DNA of 64,000 bases from an uncultured Candidatus Poseidoniales archaeon. Lineage in GTDB: Archaea; Thermoplasmatota; Poseidoniia; Poseidoniales; Poseidoniaceae. The notes beneath the pieces are model-generated. The model made no database searches and had not been told where the DNA came from. It worked only from the letters and a program-made list of their open reading frames with translations. Below, one piece after another: positions 62,310 through 64,000 of the stretch. Position 1 is the stretch's first letter, and every line of letters starts with the position of its first letter. Made by a program: the position numbers and the translations under genes. Location of the stretch: positions 26,004 to 90,003 of the forward strand of contig CACODE010000001.1 of the NCBI GenBank assembly GCA_902625885.1. Reading direction: 5' to 3'.

Positions 62310-64000
62310 ACATGTGATGCTACAACCCAACTGGGGGATCGCTCGGCTCGAGTGCCGATGAAGGTCGTGACAAGCTGCGATAAGCTGCGGGTAGGCGCAT
62401 GTATGCCTAAGATCCGCAGATGGCTGAATAGGACTTCCTGTTTCTTCGGAAACGGTCGCGTTAGCGATAGGGAACCCACCGAATTGAAGCATCTTAGTAG
62501 GTGGAGGAAATGAAATCAATTGAGATTCCGTTAGTAGTGGCGAATGAACACGGATCAGGACAAGCCGAATCCCAAATCGAAAGAGAGGGAGATGTGGTTG
62601 GCAGTCTTTTGTCTAAGTCATGGAAGGAGAACTCGCCTGGAACGGCGGATCCATAGAGGGTGAAAGTCCCGTATCCGTACATGATATGACCACGTGACTG
62701 TCAAAGAGTAGCATGCGTTGGAAATCGCGTGTGAATATGGGAGGCAGATACTTCCAATCCTAAATACAACTCGAGACCGATAGTTTACAAGTAACGTGAG
62801 TGAAAGCTGAAAAGTATCCTTAGCGGGATGTGAAAAGAACGTGAAACCAGTTGGGTACAGGCTGATTGGGCGTGAAAGCGAAGATATGAGCAGCGTCCAG
62901 TCGTGCGTTTAGAAAAATGCCCCAGGGAGTCTTGATCATTGGCGAGGTTAAGTGGTTGATCCACGTAGCCGAAGGGAAACCGACATGTCCGCAGCAGTTT
63001 ACTGTGAGGGACGAAGTGTGCTCGCTTGGAGTCAATGGTGGAGGACCTGAAGCCCGACGATCTATGCCTGGCCAGATTGAAGCCCGTTGAAAGATGGGTG
63101 GAGGATCGCACCGTTGCTGATCTGCAAATCGCTCGGACGAGCTGGGTATAGGGGTGAAAGTCCAATCGAGTTGGGCAATAGCAGGTTCCGCGTGAAACTA
63201 CTCGTAGGTAGACGTTCGTGGAGATAGATTACGCTGTAGAGCACTGATTGTGCGTTTAGGGGGAGCGATCCCTCGGCGTGCTGCCAAACTCCGAAGGTGT
63301 AATCGTTGAAGAAACGAGCAGTGAGTGATGGTGGGTAAGCTACCATTACGCAAGGTGAACAAACCAGCCTGAAGTTAAGGTCCCTAAATATCAGTTAAGT
63401 GTCACAGACAAACCGTGTCCGTGGTCGAAAACAACCAGAAGGTGGGCTTAGAAGCAGCCATCCTTGAAAGAGTTCGTAACAGATCACTGGTCTAGCTTGC
63501 GGGCCGGGAAAAGGGACGGGGCTCAAACTGATTACCGATACTTCAGACCATCGAAAGATGATGTGGTAACGCGGCGTCGTGCATGGGCGGAAGGTAGGCT
63601 TTGAGGTCTACTGGACCGTGTACGAATGAGAGTCTTGGGAAGAGTAGCAGCACAGTGTGGTGAGAATCCGCACCGCCTTATAAACCAGGGTTCCTCGGCA
63701 CTGTTTATCAGCCGAGGGTTAGCCGGTCCTAAGGTCATTCTTAACCGAAATGATCGAAAGGGAATGGCGTTAATATTCGTCAGCCCCCTACACCACGTAT
63801 GGTGACGGCTTGGGCAAAGTCATTGGATCATATGCCAGGTCCACTGATAACCAATTTCTGGAGAACTGTCATAGTGAGAAGGAAAGAAAGTCCCAGGTCC
63901 CATGAAAAGCCGTGTAGGGTGACCGTACCGAGAACTGAAACAGGTGTTTTTGGGTGAGTAGCCTAAGGCGTATCGGATACAAATATCGCGAGGGAACTCG
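62310..64000 (+). rRNA. rrl: 23S ribosomal RNA, 5' portion (3' end beyond window)
   Basis: ccaactgggggatcgctcggctcgagtgccgatgaaggtcgtgacaagctgcgataagctgcggg aligns base-for-base with the archaeal 23S 5' region (..CCAGCUGGUGGAUUGCUCGGCUCAGGCGCUGAUGAAGGACGUGCCAAGCUGCGAUAAGCC..). Downstream universal 23S helices are recognisable, no ORFs. The 5' boundary is approximate (±20 nt). Confidence 0.9.

Noticed and set aside
1-64000. CRISPR arrays, tRNA genes, IS elements / integrases
   Set aside because: No regularly spaced direct repeats, no tRNA-like T-loop/anticodon-stem candidates in the short intergenic regions, and no transposase/integrase motifs (DDE, tyrosine recombinase R..H..Y) in any sizeable ORF.

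Overview
High-GC (about 57%) archaeal chromosomal window, densely coded on both strands. Archaeal-type housekeeping genes are present (class-I GluRS, PheT beta, type-II GAPDH, uS15, RNase P Rpp21, RNase HII, archaeosine synthase-like, adenylate kinase, DnaJ). The window ends in the 5' ~1.7 kb of a 23S rRNA gene that has its own TATA-like promoter and no 16S gene upstream. That unlinked rRNA organisation is Thermoplasmatota-like, and the surface-protein/protease-rich content is compatible with a planktonic MGII/Poseidoniales-like archaeon; this is inference and cannot be verified here. The dominant theme is an unusual density of giant secreted or membrane-anchored proteins (823+, 1458, 1916, 1805, 1669, 776, 739 and 676 aa) and secreted proteases (two S8 subtilases, one HEXXH lipoprotein). 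Three of the giant proteins end in a C-terminal TM helix followed by an acidic/Pro-rich tail and a shared terminal 'PxGWxx[DE]QWxxYG' motif. One giant beta-helix protein is translationally coupled to a cytoplasmic wHTH–NB-ARC–TPR STAND regulator. That regulator converges, stop against stop, on a minus-strand cassette of three archaeal type-IV-pilin-like (class III signal peptide) genes, a 560-aa beta-rich protein and a YycJ-like MBL hydrolase, with no pilus ATPase or platform gene in the window. No CRISPR array, tRNA, transposase or integrase was recognised. Several long ORFs in the supplied track are antisense or 5'-over-extended artefacts; starts were re-placed where the sequence allowed.
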